A stretch of DNA of 64,000 nucleotides. Source: Vicinamibacteria bacterium. Lineage in GTDB: Bacteria; Acidobacteriota; Vicinamibacteria; Marinacidobacterales; Marinacidobacteraceae. Location: positions 1,536,001-1,600,000 of the forward strand of contig OZ241322.1 in assembly GCA_965199715.1 (NCBI GenBank), read 5' to 3'. The notes beneath the pieces were generated by a model. That model was not told the DNA's origin and made no database searches. It saw only the letters and a program-made list of their open reading frames with translations. Positions within the stretch are counted from its first letter, which is position 1. Each line of letters begins with the position of its first letter. Below are positions 1-9,146 of this stretch, piece after piece. The translations under genes and the position numbers were made by a program.

Positions 1-2
1 CG

Positions 3-2504
3 TGGTTCCCGTGGGTGCTGCTCTTCTTCATCCCGGCGCTGACCATGGCGGTCTGGGCGGAGGAGCGCCGCCTCGGCACCGACGAGCTGCTGCTGACGCT
101 GCCGGCGACCGACGTGGAGATCGTGCTCGGCAAGTACGCCGCGGTACTCGGCGTCTATTCCGCCGCGCTCGTCCTCTCGCTCAGCCACGCGCTCGTGCTC
201 ATGTTCCTCGGCAGCCCCGACTGGGGCCTGCTGTTCGCGAACTACGTCGGCTACTTCCTGCTCGGCGCGGCGCTCGCCGCCGCCGGAACCGCGGCCTCGC
301 TGCTGACCTCGATCTCGACCGTCGCCTTCATCCTCGGCGCGGTCTTCTGCGCCGGGATCCTGCTGCTGGACCTCGTCGCCGGGGCCTTCAGCCCGACGCT
401 CGCCGCGTTCCTCGAGCCGGTCTCCGCCCGCTTCCATTTCGCCGAGTTCGGACGCGGCCTCGTCCCCGTGACCTCGGTCCTCTATTTCGTCGCGGTCGCC
501 GGGTTCTTCCTGTACCTGAACGTGCTGCTCATCGGCCGCCGCCACTGGCCGGCCGCCGCCGACGGCTACCGGATGTCCACCCACCACGCGATCCGGGCGG
601 CTTCGACCGCGCTGCTGCTGCTGAGCGCGATCGTGCTGATCTCGCGGTTCGGGTTCCGGGTGGACGCCACCGCCGAGCGCCTCCACTCGATCGCCCCCGA
701 GACCCGCGAGCTGCTCCGCTCGCTGCCCGACGACAGCCCGGTCTTCGTGCAGGCGTACCTCAGCCCCGACGTGCCCGAGCCGCTGGTCCAGACCCGCGCC
801 ACGCTCGAGAGCGTGATGCGCGAGTTGGAGTCGGCGAGCGGCGGGCGGGTCCGGGTGCTCATCCGGGACACCGAGCCGTTCACCGAGGCCGCGCAGGAGG
901 CCCGCGAGAAATTCGGGATCCAGCCCCGGCAGATTCCCGGGCTGAGCGCCGCCCGCGCCGCGGTCGCCGACGTGTTCATGGGGGTCGCCTTCACCCGCGC
1001 CGCCGAGGAGCAGGTGATCCCGTTCTTCGACCGCGGACTTCCGGTCGAGTACGAGCTGGCCCGCAGCATCCGGGTCGTGGCCAACGCCGAAAAGCGCCGG
1101 GTCGGGGTCATCTCGAAGGAGCTGCGCATCTTCGGCGGGCTGGACTTCCAGACCATGCAGAGCTCGCCCGAGTGGTCCGTGGTCGATGAGCTCCGCAAGC
1201 AGTACGAGGTGGTCCAGATCCAGCCGAACGCGACGATCACCGAGGAGCTCGACGGCCTGCTGGTCATCCTGCCCTCGACTCTCGCCCAGGACGAGATGGA
1301 CAACGTGCTCGACCGCATCCGCCAGGGCACGCCGGCGCTCCTGCTGGTGGACCCGCTCCCGGTCGTGAACATCGGCCTCGCGCCGGCCGAGCCGCCGGGC
1401 GCGTCGCGCAACCCGTTCATGAACCAGGGCAGCCCGCCGCCCGCGCCGAAGGGCGACGTCACCGGGCTGCTCGCCCAGCTCGGAATCTCGTGGGACCCGG
1501 GCTCGATCGTCTGGGACACCTACAACCCCCACCCGGACCTCGGCCACCTGCCGCCCGAGGTCGTGTTCCTCGGCGAGGGCAGCGGCAACTCGGCCGCGTT
1601 CGCCGAGGAATCGGTCGCGAGCGCCGGCCTCCAGCAGCTCGTCCTCATCTACCCGGGTTTCCTCGAGCCGCTCGCGGCTCCGGGCGCGGACTTCCAGCCG
1701 CTGCTCACCACCGGCGACTTCTCGGGGACGCTGCCGTACTTCGACATGGTCCAGCGCACGTTCCTCGGCTCGCAGCTCAACCCGAACCTCCCGCACCGCC
1801 CCGATCCCGCCACCTACGTGGTCGCCGCCGAGGCCCGCGCCTACCGGAACCCGGAGACCGGCGACGAGGAGCCCATGGACGACGCCGACAGCACCCGCGT
1901 CATCGCGATCGCCGACCTCGACTTCATCTCCGAGCAGTTCTTCGAGATCCGCCGGGTCGGCCCGCCGAACATGAACTTCGACAACGTCTCGTTCTTCCTG
2001 AACGCGATGGACGTGCTGGTCGGCGACGAGTCGTTCGTGAGCCTGCGCAACCGGCGGGTGCGCCACCGCACGCTCGAGCGCGTCGAGGGGCGCGTCCGCG
2101 ACTTCGTCGAGATCCGTTCCGCCGAGGAGGACGCCGCCGAGCGCAGCGCCGCCGACGCGCTCCGGTCCGCGCAGGAGCGTCTCGACCAGCGGGTCGCCGC
2201 CGTCGATCAGCGCGACGACCTCGACGCGCAGGCCAAGGCGATCATGGCCCGCAACCTCCAAGAGGTCGAGAACCGCCGCTTCGCGGTGCTCGAGGCCAAC
2301 ATCAACGCCGACAAGGACGCCGAAATCCGCGCCAGCGAGGAGCGGATGGAGGCCCAGGTCCGGCGCATCCAGAGCGGCATCCGCACCGGAGCGGTGCTCC
2401 TCCCCCCGATCCCGGTGTTCCTGCTGGGAGTCTTCGTCTTCGCGCGCCGCCGCCGGGCCGAGCGCGAGGGAGCGGCGGCCGCCCGCCGGCTCCGTCAGGG
2501 CTGA
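3..2504 (+). CDS. ABC-2 permease/GldG-type auxiliary domain fusion (GldF-GldG-like), 5' end outside window
   Basis: N-terminal TM helices with EERRLGTDELLLTLP permease motif, then GldG-like periplasmic domain (DATAERLHSI, EYELARSI, IADLDF, NVSFFLNAMD), coiled coil and C-terminal TM; frame open to the window edge. Confidence 0.85.
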   Translation, partial: WFPWVLLFFIPALTMAVWAEERRLGTDELLLTLPATDVEIVLGKYAAVLGVYSAALVLSLSHALVLMFLGSPDWGLLFANYVGYFLLGAALAAAGTAASLLTSISTVAFILGAVFCAGILLLDLVAGAFSPTLAAFLEPVSARFHFAEFGRGLVPVTSVLYFVAVAGFFLYLNVLLIGRRHWPAAADGYRMSTHHAIRAASTALLLLSAIVLISRFGFRVDATAERLHSIAPETRELLRSLPDDSPVFVQAYLSPDVPEPLVQTRATLESVMRELESASGGRVRVLIRDTEPFTEAAQEAREKFGIQPRQIPGLSAARAAVADVFMGVAFTRAAEEQVIPFFDRGLPVEYELARSIRVVANAEKRRVGVISKELRIFGGLDFQTMQSSPEWSVVDELRKQYEVVQIQPNATITEELDGLLVILPSTLAQDEMDNVLDRIRQGTPALLLVDPLPVVNIGLAPAEPPGASRNPFMNQGSPPPAPKGDVTGLLAQLGISWDPGSIVWDTYNPHPDLGHLPPEVVFLGEGSGNSAAFAEESVASAGLQQLVLIYPGFLEPLAAPGADFQPLLTTGDFSGTLPYFDMVQRTFLGSQLNPNLPHRPDPATYVVAAEARAYRNPETGDEEPMDDADSTRVIAIADLDFISEQFFEIRRVGPPNMNFDNVSFFLNAMDVLVGDESFVSLRNRRVRHRTLERVEGRVRDFVEIRSAEEDAAERSAADALRSAQERLDQRVAAVDQRDDLDAQAKAIMARNLQEVENRRFAVLEANINADKDAEIRASEERMEAQVRRIQSGIRTGAVLLPPIPVFLLGVFVFARRRRAEREGAAAARRLRQG

Positions 2505-2514
2505 GGAAAGCGAC

Positions 2515-3885
2515 ATGGCAGAAACCACCGGTCCCGAACTCCGCCGCACCCAGACCATCGCCGGGGCGGCCCTCCTGCTCGCGGTGCTGGCCTTCGTCAG
2601 CGCCCCGCGCAACCCCGAGCCGAGCGACTTCGTGGACGTCGGCGAGCGCTTCTTCCCCGACTTCAACGATCCGGAGGAGGCGGTCTCGCTCGAGGTCATC
2701 GAGTTCAACGAGGAGACCGCGGAGGCGCGGCCCTTCCGCGTCCAGAACGTGAACGGCGTCTGGACGATCCCGAGCCACCACGACTACCCCGCGGACGGCG
2801 CCGACCGGCTCGCCCAGACGGCCGCCGGCGTGATGCTGCTGGAGAAGGCCGACTTCCGCTCCGAGAACGTGGCCGACCATCCGGCGCTCGGGGTCGTGGA
2901 TCCGCTCGACGAGGGGTCCGTGTCGCTCGTCGGGCGCGGCCGCCGGGTGACCGTCAAGGCGTCCGGCGAGCGGGTGCTCGCCGACCTCATCATCGGCCGC
3001 CAGGTCGAGGACCGCGAGGGCTACTGGTTCGTGCGGGTTCCCGGCCAGAAGCGGGTATATGTCTCCGATCTCGGAGTCGAGATCTCCGCCCGCTTCGCCG
3101 ACTGGATCGAGCGCGATCTGCTCCTCATGGACCGCGACCGGGTGACCGACGTGACGCTCGAGGACTACACGATCAACGAACGCACGTTCCGGGTGGACCG
3201 CCGCGGCGTCCTCGAGCTCACGAAGGAGGACGGGACGTGGACCGCGGCCGGCCTCGGAAGCGACGAGGAGGTGGATTCCTTCCGCATCTCCGAGACGCTG
3301 CGGGCGGCGGACGAGCTGGAGATCGTCGGCGTGCGGCCCAAGCCCGACGGGATCGCAGCGTCGCTCACCGGGGACGTCGCCGGGATCTCCAACGCCGACA
3401 TCCTCTCGCTGCAGGACCGCGGCTACTACCTGACCCAGACCGGCAGCCTGCTCTCGAACGAGGGCGAGGTCCGCATCGAGGCCGACGACGGCATCCGCTA
3501 CACGCTGCGCTTCGGCGAGGTGGTCTATGGTCGGGGCGACGGCCTCTCAGCGGGCGGCGCGACCGAACTGGACGCCGGGGCCGGCCCGGCCGAGAACCGC
3601 TTTCTCTTCGTCACCGCCGAGTTCGCGCCCGAGCGCTTCCCCGAGCCGCCCCGCCCGGCGAACCGCGACTACATGGACAAGGGGGCGGACGACCTCACCG
3701 ACGAGGACCGGGAGAACCGAACGCGGGCCCGCGACTGGGACCGCTGGGAGCGCGAGGTGACCGAGGGCCGGGAGCGCGAGGAGATGCTCACCCGGCGGTT
3801 CGCCGACTGGTACTACGTGATCTCGCAGGAGAGCTTCGAGAACATCCGCCAGACCCGCGACGACCTGATCCGCGAATCGTCCTAG
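2515..3885 (+). CDS. DUF4340-domain protein (partner of GldFG-like ABC export system)
   Basis: N-terminal anchor, W..PSHHDYPAD motif, typical position after GldG-like gene, SD GAGGA upstream. Confidence 0.75.
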   Translation: MAETTGPELRRTQTIAGAALLLAVLAFVSAPRNPEPSDFVDVGERFFPDFNDPEEAVSLEVIEFNEETAEARPFRVQNVNGVWTIPSHHDYPADGADRLAQTAAGVMLLEKADFRSENVADHPALGVVDPLDEGSVSLVGRGRRVTVKASGERVLADLIIGRQVEDREGYWFVRVPGQKRVYVSDLGVEISARFADWIERDLLLMDRDRVTDVTLEDYTINERTFRVDRRGVLELTKEDGTWTAAGLGSDEEVDSFRISETLRAADELEIVGVRPKPDGIAASLTGDVAGISNADILSLQDRGYYLTQTGSLLSNEGEVRIEADDGIRYTLRFGEVVYGRGDGLSAGGATELDAGAGPAENRFLFVTAEFAPERFPEPPRPANRDYMDKGADDLTDEDRENRTRARDWDRWEREVTEGREREEMLTRRFADWYYVISQESFENIRQTRDDLIRESS

Positions 3886-3980
3886 CGCCGGGGGAAGACG
3901 CAGCCGAGCGCCGCGACATCGGTCCACAGCCGCAAGCCCAAGCCCCCAGGCGAGAGCGCCGCACAAGAACCCGAAGCGCG

Positions 3981-4916
3981 TCAACTGCATAAGCGGAACA
4001 CGAGCCGGACGCCCCGGTCAGACCGGGCGAACAGCCCCATCGCCAGGACCACCGCCCAGACCTTGCGCCGCGAAATCTTCGCCGGCGCTCCCGGGTTCTT
4101 CTGGACCTCGCGAAGCGTGAGCATGGCGAGCGCGAGCGGCCACAGGCACGACCGCCGGATTCCGGTCTCGCTCCGGGGAATCGCGAGGCAGTAGGCGAGC
4201 CCCTGGCGGAGCTTCGCTCGGGCGATCCCCACGAGACGGCGCACCGCGGACACGTATCGGGGCGACCCCGGCTTGCGCCGCGCCACATCGCGCGGCATCC
4301 ACGAGACCCCGCGCTTCCGGTCGGCCTCGATGTCCTTCAGCACGTTCACCATCTGGAGCCCCTGGCCGAACGCCCGGGCATGCCGCTCGAGTTCCTTGCG
4401 CCGCTCCGCCGTGCGGGGCGAGTACGCGCAGTAGAGCTCGGTGAGCGTCTCCCCCACGACTCCGGCGACGTAGTAGCAGTAGCGCTCGAGCTGGTCGTGG
4501 TCGGCGAGGCCGGCGGGGCCGCGGATCCGGGCGAACTCCAGCATCCCCCCGGTCATGATCCGGATGCAGCGCTCCATCGCGGCGCGCGAGTCCGGGTCGA
4601 GCCGCCGGGTGATCGCGAGCGCCCGCGGGGTCTCGGCGACGAGCTTCCGCTCGGCGCCCTTCGTGACGTGCGGCGCGAGGTCCTCGGCGAACGACTCGGG
4701 GTCGCCGGCTCCCTCGACCGCGGCGATGAACCGCTCGCCGAAGGAGTCGCGGTCCTCGATTCCGGGGTCGTCCTCGATCGTGTCCGCGATCCGAGCCAGC
4801 AGGTACAGGTTCATCACCGCCGGCCGCAGCCCCAAGGGCAGCGGCTTCAGCGTCAGCGCGAACGTGCGCGCGGTGGCGTCGAGGTGCTCCTGCTGGAAGC
4901 GGTCGTCGGAGGTCAC
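3981..4916 (-). CDS. squalene/phytoene synthase family protein (paralog 1)
   Basis: ARTFAL, YLLARIADTIEDD, YCYYVAGVVG, GLQMVNVLKDIEAD motifs; GTG start overlaps upstream stop (GTGA). Confidence 0.88.
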   Translation of the reverse strand: MTSDDRFQQEHLDATARTFALTLKPLPLGLRPAVMNLYLLARIADTIEDDPGIEDRDSFGERFIAAVEGAGDPESFAEDLAPHVTKGAERKLVAETPRALAITRRLDPDSRAAMERCIRIMTGGMLEFARIRGPAGLADHDQLERYCYYVAGVVGETLTELYCAYSPRTAERRKELERHARAFGQGLQMVNVLKDIEADRKRGVSWMPRDVARRKPGSPRYVSAVRRLVGIARAKLRQGLAYCLAIPRSETGIRRSCLWPLALAMLTLREVQKNPGAPAKISRRKVWAVVLAMGLFARSDRGVRLVFRLCS

Positions 4917-5782
4917 GGCAGCCGGGCGAGCGCGCGCTCGCAGCGGTCGGCGTCCGGGCTCCGCCCGGCGTCGCGCAGCACCGAGCAGGCGTCCTCGAGC
5001 GCGGGCCGCGCGATCGTCCGGATCGGTTCGCCGTCCCCGATGCGGCGCTCCCACAAGAGCACCGCTTCGCGAAGGTGGACCAGCGCCTCGCGCTCCCCGA
5101 ACCGGTGGAGCGCCCGCCCGAGCCGGTAGCGAACGAGCGGCTCGTCGGGCGCTTCCTCGAGCGCGAGCCGGTACGACTGGATCGCCCGGGGGACGTCGCC
5201 GGCGTCGTCGAACGCCACGCCGGTCCGCAGGTGGGTTTCCGCCCGCTCGGCTTCGGCGGCGGCCGCGACTTCCCGCGCCGCCCGCAGCGTCGCGGGATCG
5301 GCGGTGAGCAAGGCGCGCATCTCGTCGGACCGGGCGAGGCTGACCGCGGTCTCGCCGTTTCGCGCGGGGACGGCCGGGTCGGCTCCGGCGGCCATGAGGA
5401 GGCGCGCCGCTTCGGCGTGGCCCCGCTCGACGGCGCTCATCAGCGCGGTCGCCCCCCAGTCGGCGGCGGCGTCCACTTCCGCGCCGGCGTCGAGCAGCAT
5501 CCGGATCGTCCCGAGGTGGCCCCCGAGCGCGGCCCGATGGAGCGGGCGGATTCCGTTGCCCGCCGGGTCGTTCGCGTCGGCCCCCCGATCCAGGAACAGC
5601 CGGACGAACTCCTCGCGCCCGAGCACCGCCGCGACGTGCAGCGCGGTCATCCCGTTCGGCGCCTTCGCGTCCGCCGGCAGCCCGCCGTCGAGCGCCCCCA
5701 TGACGACTTCCATCTCACCGTCGCGGATCCCGTTCAGCAGGGCTTCCAGCTCCGGGTCGATGCGTGGCGGCTGCGGAGGCAC
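4913..5782 (-). CDS. ankyrin repeat protein with C-terminal TPR
   Basis: GMTALHVAA, GIRPLHRAA, GATALMSAV, GETAVSLA repeats followed by TPR-like helices; GTG at 5782 preceded by TATGGT. Confidence 0.85.
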   Translation of the reverse strand: MPPQPPRIDPELEALLNGIRDGEMEVVMGALDGGLPADAKAPNGMTALHVAAVLGREEFVRLFLDRGADANDPAGNGIRPLHRAALGGHLGTIRMLLDAGAEVDAAADWGATALMSAVERGHAEAARLLMAAGADPAVPARNGETAVSLARSDEMRALLTADPATLRAAREVAAAAEAERAETHLRTGVAFDDAGDVPRAIQSYRLALEEAPDEPLVRYRLGRALHRFGEREALVHLREAVLLWERRIGDGEPIRTIARPALEDACSVLRDAGRSPDADRCERALARLP

Positions 5783-5788
5783 GCCGCA

Positions 5789-5798
5789 ACCATACAAT
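5789..5798. promoter_or_regulatory. overlapping divergent -10 elements (TATGGT minus, TACAAT plus), likely leaderless promoters
   Basis: each hexamer lies 6 nt from the GTG start of the flanking gene in a 22-nt intergenic gap. Confidence 0.6.
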
Positions 5799-5804
5799 CG
5801 CCCC

Positions 5805-6356
5805 GTGACTCTTCCGCGCCGCCGATTCCTGAAGTCGTCGGGCCTGGTCGCCGCCGCGGTGGCGGCGCCCGTCGCCGCCCGCGCCCAGTCATCCGCGCTG
5901 CTCCAGGCCGTGGCCGAGGCGGTGCTCCCCGAGGAGATCGGCCCCGACGGAGTCCGCGCCGCGGTCGAGGATTTCACGCGCTGGCTCGACGGCTTCGAGC
6001 CGGTCAAGGCGCAGAACTACGCGTATCTGAACTCGGACGTCGTCCGCTACGGCCCCCCCGATCCGGCGCCGGCGTGGAACGCCCAGCTCGAGGCGCTGGA
6101 TCTCCTCGCCCGGCGGACCCGCGAGCGCGGCTTCGAGGAGCTGTCGCTCGCCGAGCGGCGGGAGCTTCTCGCCGGCGAACTGGACCGGCTCGCCCCCGGC
6201 GACGCGCTGCCGTCGCCGATCCACGCGCCCCATGTCGCCGTCGCCCTGATGGCCCGCTGGGGGAGCCGTCCGGGAAGCGTCGATCTCGCCTACGGCGCCC
6301 GCATCAACCCTCGGGGCTGCCGGGGCCTTCCGAGTGGCGCGGAGCGTCCGTCATGA
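5805..6356 (+). CDS. Tat-exported small subunit of GMC dehydrogenase (gluconate 2-dehydrogenase subunit 3-like)
   Basis: PRRRFLK twin-arginine signal with ARA cleavage site; RGFEELSLAERRELL segment; ATGA overlap with the GMC gene. Confidence 0.7.
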   Translation: MTLPRRRFLKSSGLVAAAVAAPVAARAQSSALLQAVAEAVLPEEIGPDGVRAAVEDFTRWLDGFEPVKAQNYAYLNSDVVRYGPPDPAPAWNAQLEALDLLARRTRERGFEELSLAERRELLAGELDRLAPGDALPSPIHAPHVAVALMARWGSRPGSVDLAYGARINPRGCRGLPSGAERPS

Positions 6357-7942
6357 CCGTCATCGAGGCCGACGTCGCGATCCTCGGAGCGGGGATCAGC
6401 GCGGCCATGGTCGCCGAGCGCCTCGCCGCGGACACGTCCGCCAGCATCGCGGTCGTCGAGGCCGGAAACCGCATCTTCGACTTCGAGAACCGGTTCGAGA
6501 CCCGCCGCCGGATGCTCGAATACGGCGACAACCCCTACGACCCGGCGCACATCCCCGGCCACTGGTGCCGGAACGGGCAGTCGCGGTCCATGTCGGTGGG
6601 CGGGCTCGCGATGCACTGGGGCGGGACCACGCCGCGGTACTCGCCCGAGGACTTCCGGCTGCGTTCGCTGTTCGGGGCCGGGCGCGACTGGCCGATCGAC
6701 TACGACGACCTCCAGCCGTTCTACCAGGAGGCCGAGGAGCGGATCGGGGTCGCGGGCGAGCAGGGGCCGGCGGAGTACGACCCGAGGAGCGCGGCGTATC
6801 CGATGGATCCGCTGCCGGTCTCGTGGAACCTCGCGCAGGCGCTCAAGTGGACCGAGGGCTCGGGGATCCCCTACTGGCGCAACCCGGTCTCCAAGAACTC
6901 CCGCGCGTACCGGGGCCGGCGCGAGTGCCTGCGCTGCGACACGTGCTCGATCTGCCCGACCGGCGCCAAGTACAGCCCCGACTTCACCTTCATCGAGCTG
7001 CTCGAGGCGAACCGGATCGCGCTCCACGACCGGACCATGATCCGCAGGCTGAAGGTCGCCGCCGGCGGCAACGCGATCGAGGAGGCCGAGGCGTTCCACC
7101 GCGACCGCCCCGACGAGCCGGTGCGCATCCGGGCGCGGCAGTTCGTGCTGGCCGCCGGATACGCGTGGTCGTCGCACCTGCTGCTGACGAGCGCCGACAG
7201 CCGCCACCCCCACGGCGTCGCGAACCGCTCGGGGACGGTCGGGCGCTACGTCACCGGGCACCGGTGGGTGAACGCCTTCGTCTCGGTTCCGATGCGTCTC
7301 TTTCCGGGCGTGTACGGCTCCGACAGCCTTCTCTCCAAGCGCTTCCAGCACAAGGACGACGAGGCTCAGCCCGACGGGAAGTACATCCGCCACGACATGC
7401 GGATCTGGGAATCCAGCTTCGGCCGCGGCCCGCGCCTGCGCGACGACCGGGGCGGGCTGCTGCTCGGCGACCGGATGCTCGCCGACTGGCGCGACCGCGC
7501 CCGGACCGGCGCGCTGCGGATGCGGGCGTACTACGACGTGATCCCCGACCGCGCGAGCGCCCTGACCCTCGAGCCGAAGCGGAAGAACCGCTGGGGGGAT
7601 CCGCTGCCGCGGATCGATTACGTGGACGACCCGGTCTCGGCGGAACTGCGCGGCTACACCGAGAACAAGATCGAGGAGCGCTTCCGGGAGATCCTGAGCG
7701 CGGGCGGCGGCGAGATCATGGACATCCAGTACGCCGACCACTACGACCATCCCGGCGGCGGCTGCCGCATGGGCGACGATCCGGCCGACAGCGTGGTGGA
7801 CGCATGGGGCCGGGCGCACGACCACCCGAACCTGTGGGTGGCGGGAGCGCCGACGATCGTCTCGTCCGGCTGCAACAACGGCACGCTCACGTTCGCCGCG
7901 CTCTCGCTCCGGACCGCCTCGCAGCTCGCCGGCGAGGTCTAG
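6353..7942 (+). CDS. GMC family FAD oxidoreductase large subunit
   Basis: ILGAGISA Rossmann motif, VGGLAMHWGG, Cys cluster CLRCDTCSICP, C-terminal HPGGGCRMG..SVVD.WGRAHDHPNL. Confidence 0.9.
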   Translation: MTVIEADVAILGAGISAAMVAERLAADTSASIAVVEAGNRIFDFENRFETRRRMLEYGDNPYDPAHIPGHWCRNGQSRSMSVGGLAMHWGGTTPRYSPEDFRLRSLFGAGRDWPIDYDDLQPFYQEAEERIGVAGEQGPAEYDPRSAAYPMDPLPVSWNLAQALKWTEGSGIPYWRNPVSKNSRAYRGRRECLRCDTCSICPTGAKYSPDFTFIELLEANRIALHDRTMIRRLKVAAGGNAIEEAEAFHRDRPDEPVRIRARQFVLAAGYAWSSHLLLTSADSRHPHGVANRSGTVGRYVTGHRWVNAFVSVPMRLFPGVYGSDSLLSKRFQHKDDEAQPDGKYIRHDMRIWESSFGRGPRLRDDRGGLLLGDRMLADWRDRARTGALRMRAYYDVIPDRASALTLEPKRKNRWGDPLPRIDYVDDPVSAELRGYTENKIEERFREILSAGGGEIMDIQYADHYDHPGGGCRMGDDPADSVVDAWGRAHDHPNLWVAGAPTIVSSGCNNGTLTFAALSLRTASQLAGEV

Positions 7943-7945
7943 GTT

Positions 7946-9139
7946 TTGCGGCGCGGCCTCCTCCTCGCGCTGCTCGTCGGCTGCGGGACAACCCCGCCGG
8001 ACACCGATGTCCTCGTCCTGACCGCGGACCTCGTGCTCGACGGCCGGGGCGCGGCGCTCACCGGCCACGGCGTGGCCGTCCGGGATGGCCGGATCGTCGC
8101 CGTAGCGCCGGTGGCCGAGCTTCCGTCCGGCGAGCGCCGCGACTTCCCCGGCGGGACGATCCTGCCGGGATTCATCGATACTCACGTCCACCTCGACTGG
8201 CATTTCGACGAGAGCGGCAAGCTGGCGCGGGGCGCTTCCGGCGACACGGCGGCGATGGCCGCCGTCGAGAACGGTCTCGCCATGCTGGACGCCGGGTTCA
8301 CCACCGTCCAGAGCCTCGGCAGCCCGGTGGACGGCCCGGTGCGCGACGCGATCCACCGCGGAACCGTGCCCGGCCCCCGAGTGCTGACCACGCTCGGCCA
8401 ACTCGGCGCGGGGACCGGCGGCCCCGACGAACTCGCGGCGGAAGTGCATCGGCTCGCCGACGCGGGAGCCGACGCGATCAAGATCTTCGCGTCCGAGAGC
8501 ATCCGGGTCGGCGGCGGCCCGACGCTCTCGCTGGAGCAACTGGAGGCGGCCTGCGGCGCGTCGAGCGAGCGCGGCCTGCGGACGCTGGTCCACGCCCACG
8601 GCCCCGAGAGCGCCGCCCGCGCCTCGAACGCCGGGTGCACCGCGATCGAGCACGGGGCGCTGCTCGACCAGGCGACGCTCGACCTGCTGGCGGCCAACGG
8701 GACGTACTACGACCCGAACACGTACCTCATCTTCGCGAACTATTTCGAGAACCGGGACCGCTACCTCGGGATCGGGAACTACACCGAGGAGGGATTCGCG
8801 GCGATGGAAGCGGGCGGCGTCCGCGCCATGGAGACCTTCCAAATGGCGCTTGAGACGGAGGGGCTCAAGATCGTCTTCGGAACCGATGCGGTCGCCGGAG
8901 CCCACGGCCAGAACATCCGGGAAGCCACGGCGCGGGTGCGCGACGGCGGGCAGGACCCGGCGGACGTGATCGTCGGGCTCACGTCGCTTGCGGCGGAGTC
9001 GCTCGGAATGGGCGACGAGATCGGGACGCTGGCTGCGGGCTACGCGGCGGACGTGGTGGTCGTGGACGGGAACCCGCTTGCGGAAGTCGAGGCGCTTGGG
9101 CGCGTGCTGCTGGTGATGCGAGACGGTAGGATCCGGTAA
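7946..9139 (+). CDS. amidohydrolase family lipoprotein (paralog 1)
   Basis: lipobox LVGC, PGFIDTHVH, HAHG, IEHG, FGTDA, G.LAAGYAAD. Confidence 0.88.
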   Translation: MRRGLLLALLVGCGTTPPDTDVLVLTADLVLDGRGAALTGHGVAVRDGRIVAVAPVAELPSGERRDFPGGTILPGFIDTHVHLDWHFDESGKLARGASGDTAAMAAVENGLAMLDAGFTTVQSLGSPVDGPVRDAIHRGTVPGPRVLTTLGQLGAGTGGPDELAAEVHRLADAGADAIKIFASESIRVGGGPTLSLEQLEAACGASSERGLRTLVHAHGPESAARASNAGCTAIEHGALLDQATLDLLAANGTYYDPNTYLIFANYFENRDRYLGIGNYTEEGFAAMEAGGVRAMETFQMALETEGLKIVFGTDAVAGAHGQNIREATARVRDGGQDPADVIVGLTSLAAESLGMGDEIGTLAAGYAADVVVVDGNPLAEVEALGRVLLVMRDGRIR

Positions 9140-9146
9140 GCACAAC

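Noticed and set aside
3-3885. Gliding motility system
   Set aside because: GldFG-like/DUF4340 loci occur widely in non-gliding bacteria and no other gld or spr genes are in the window
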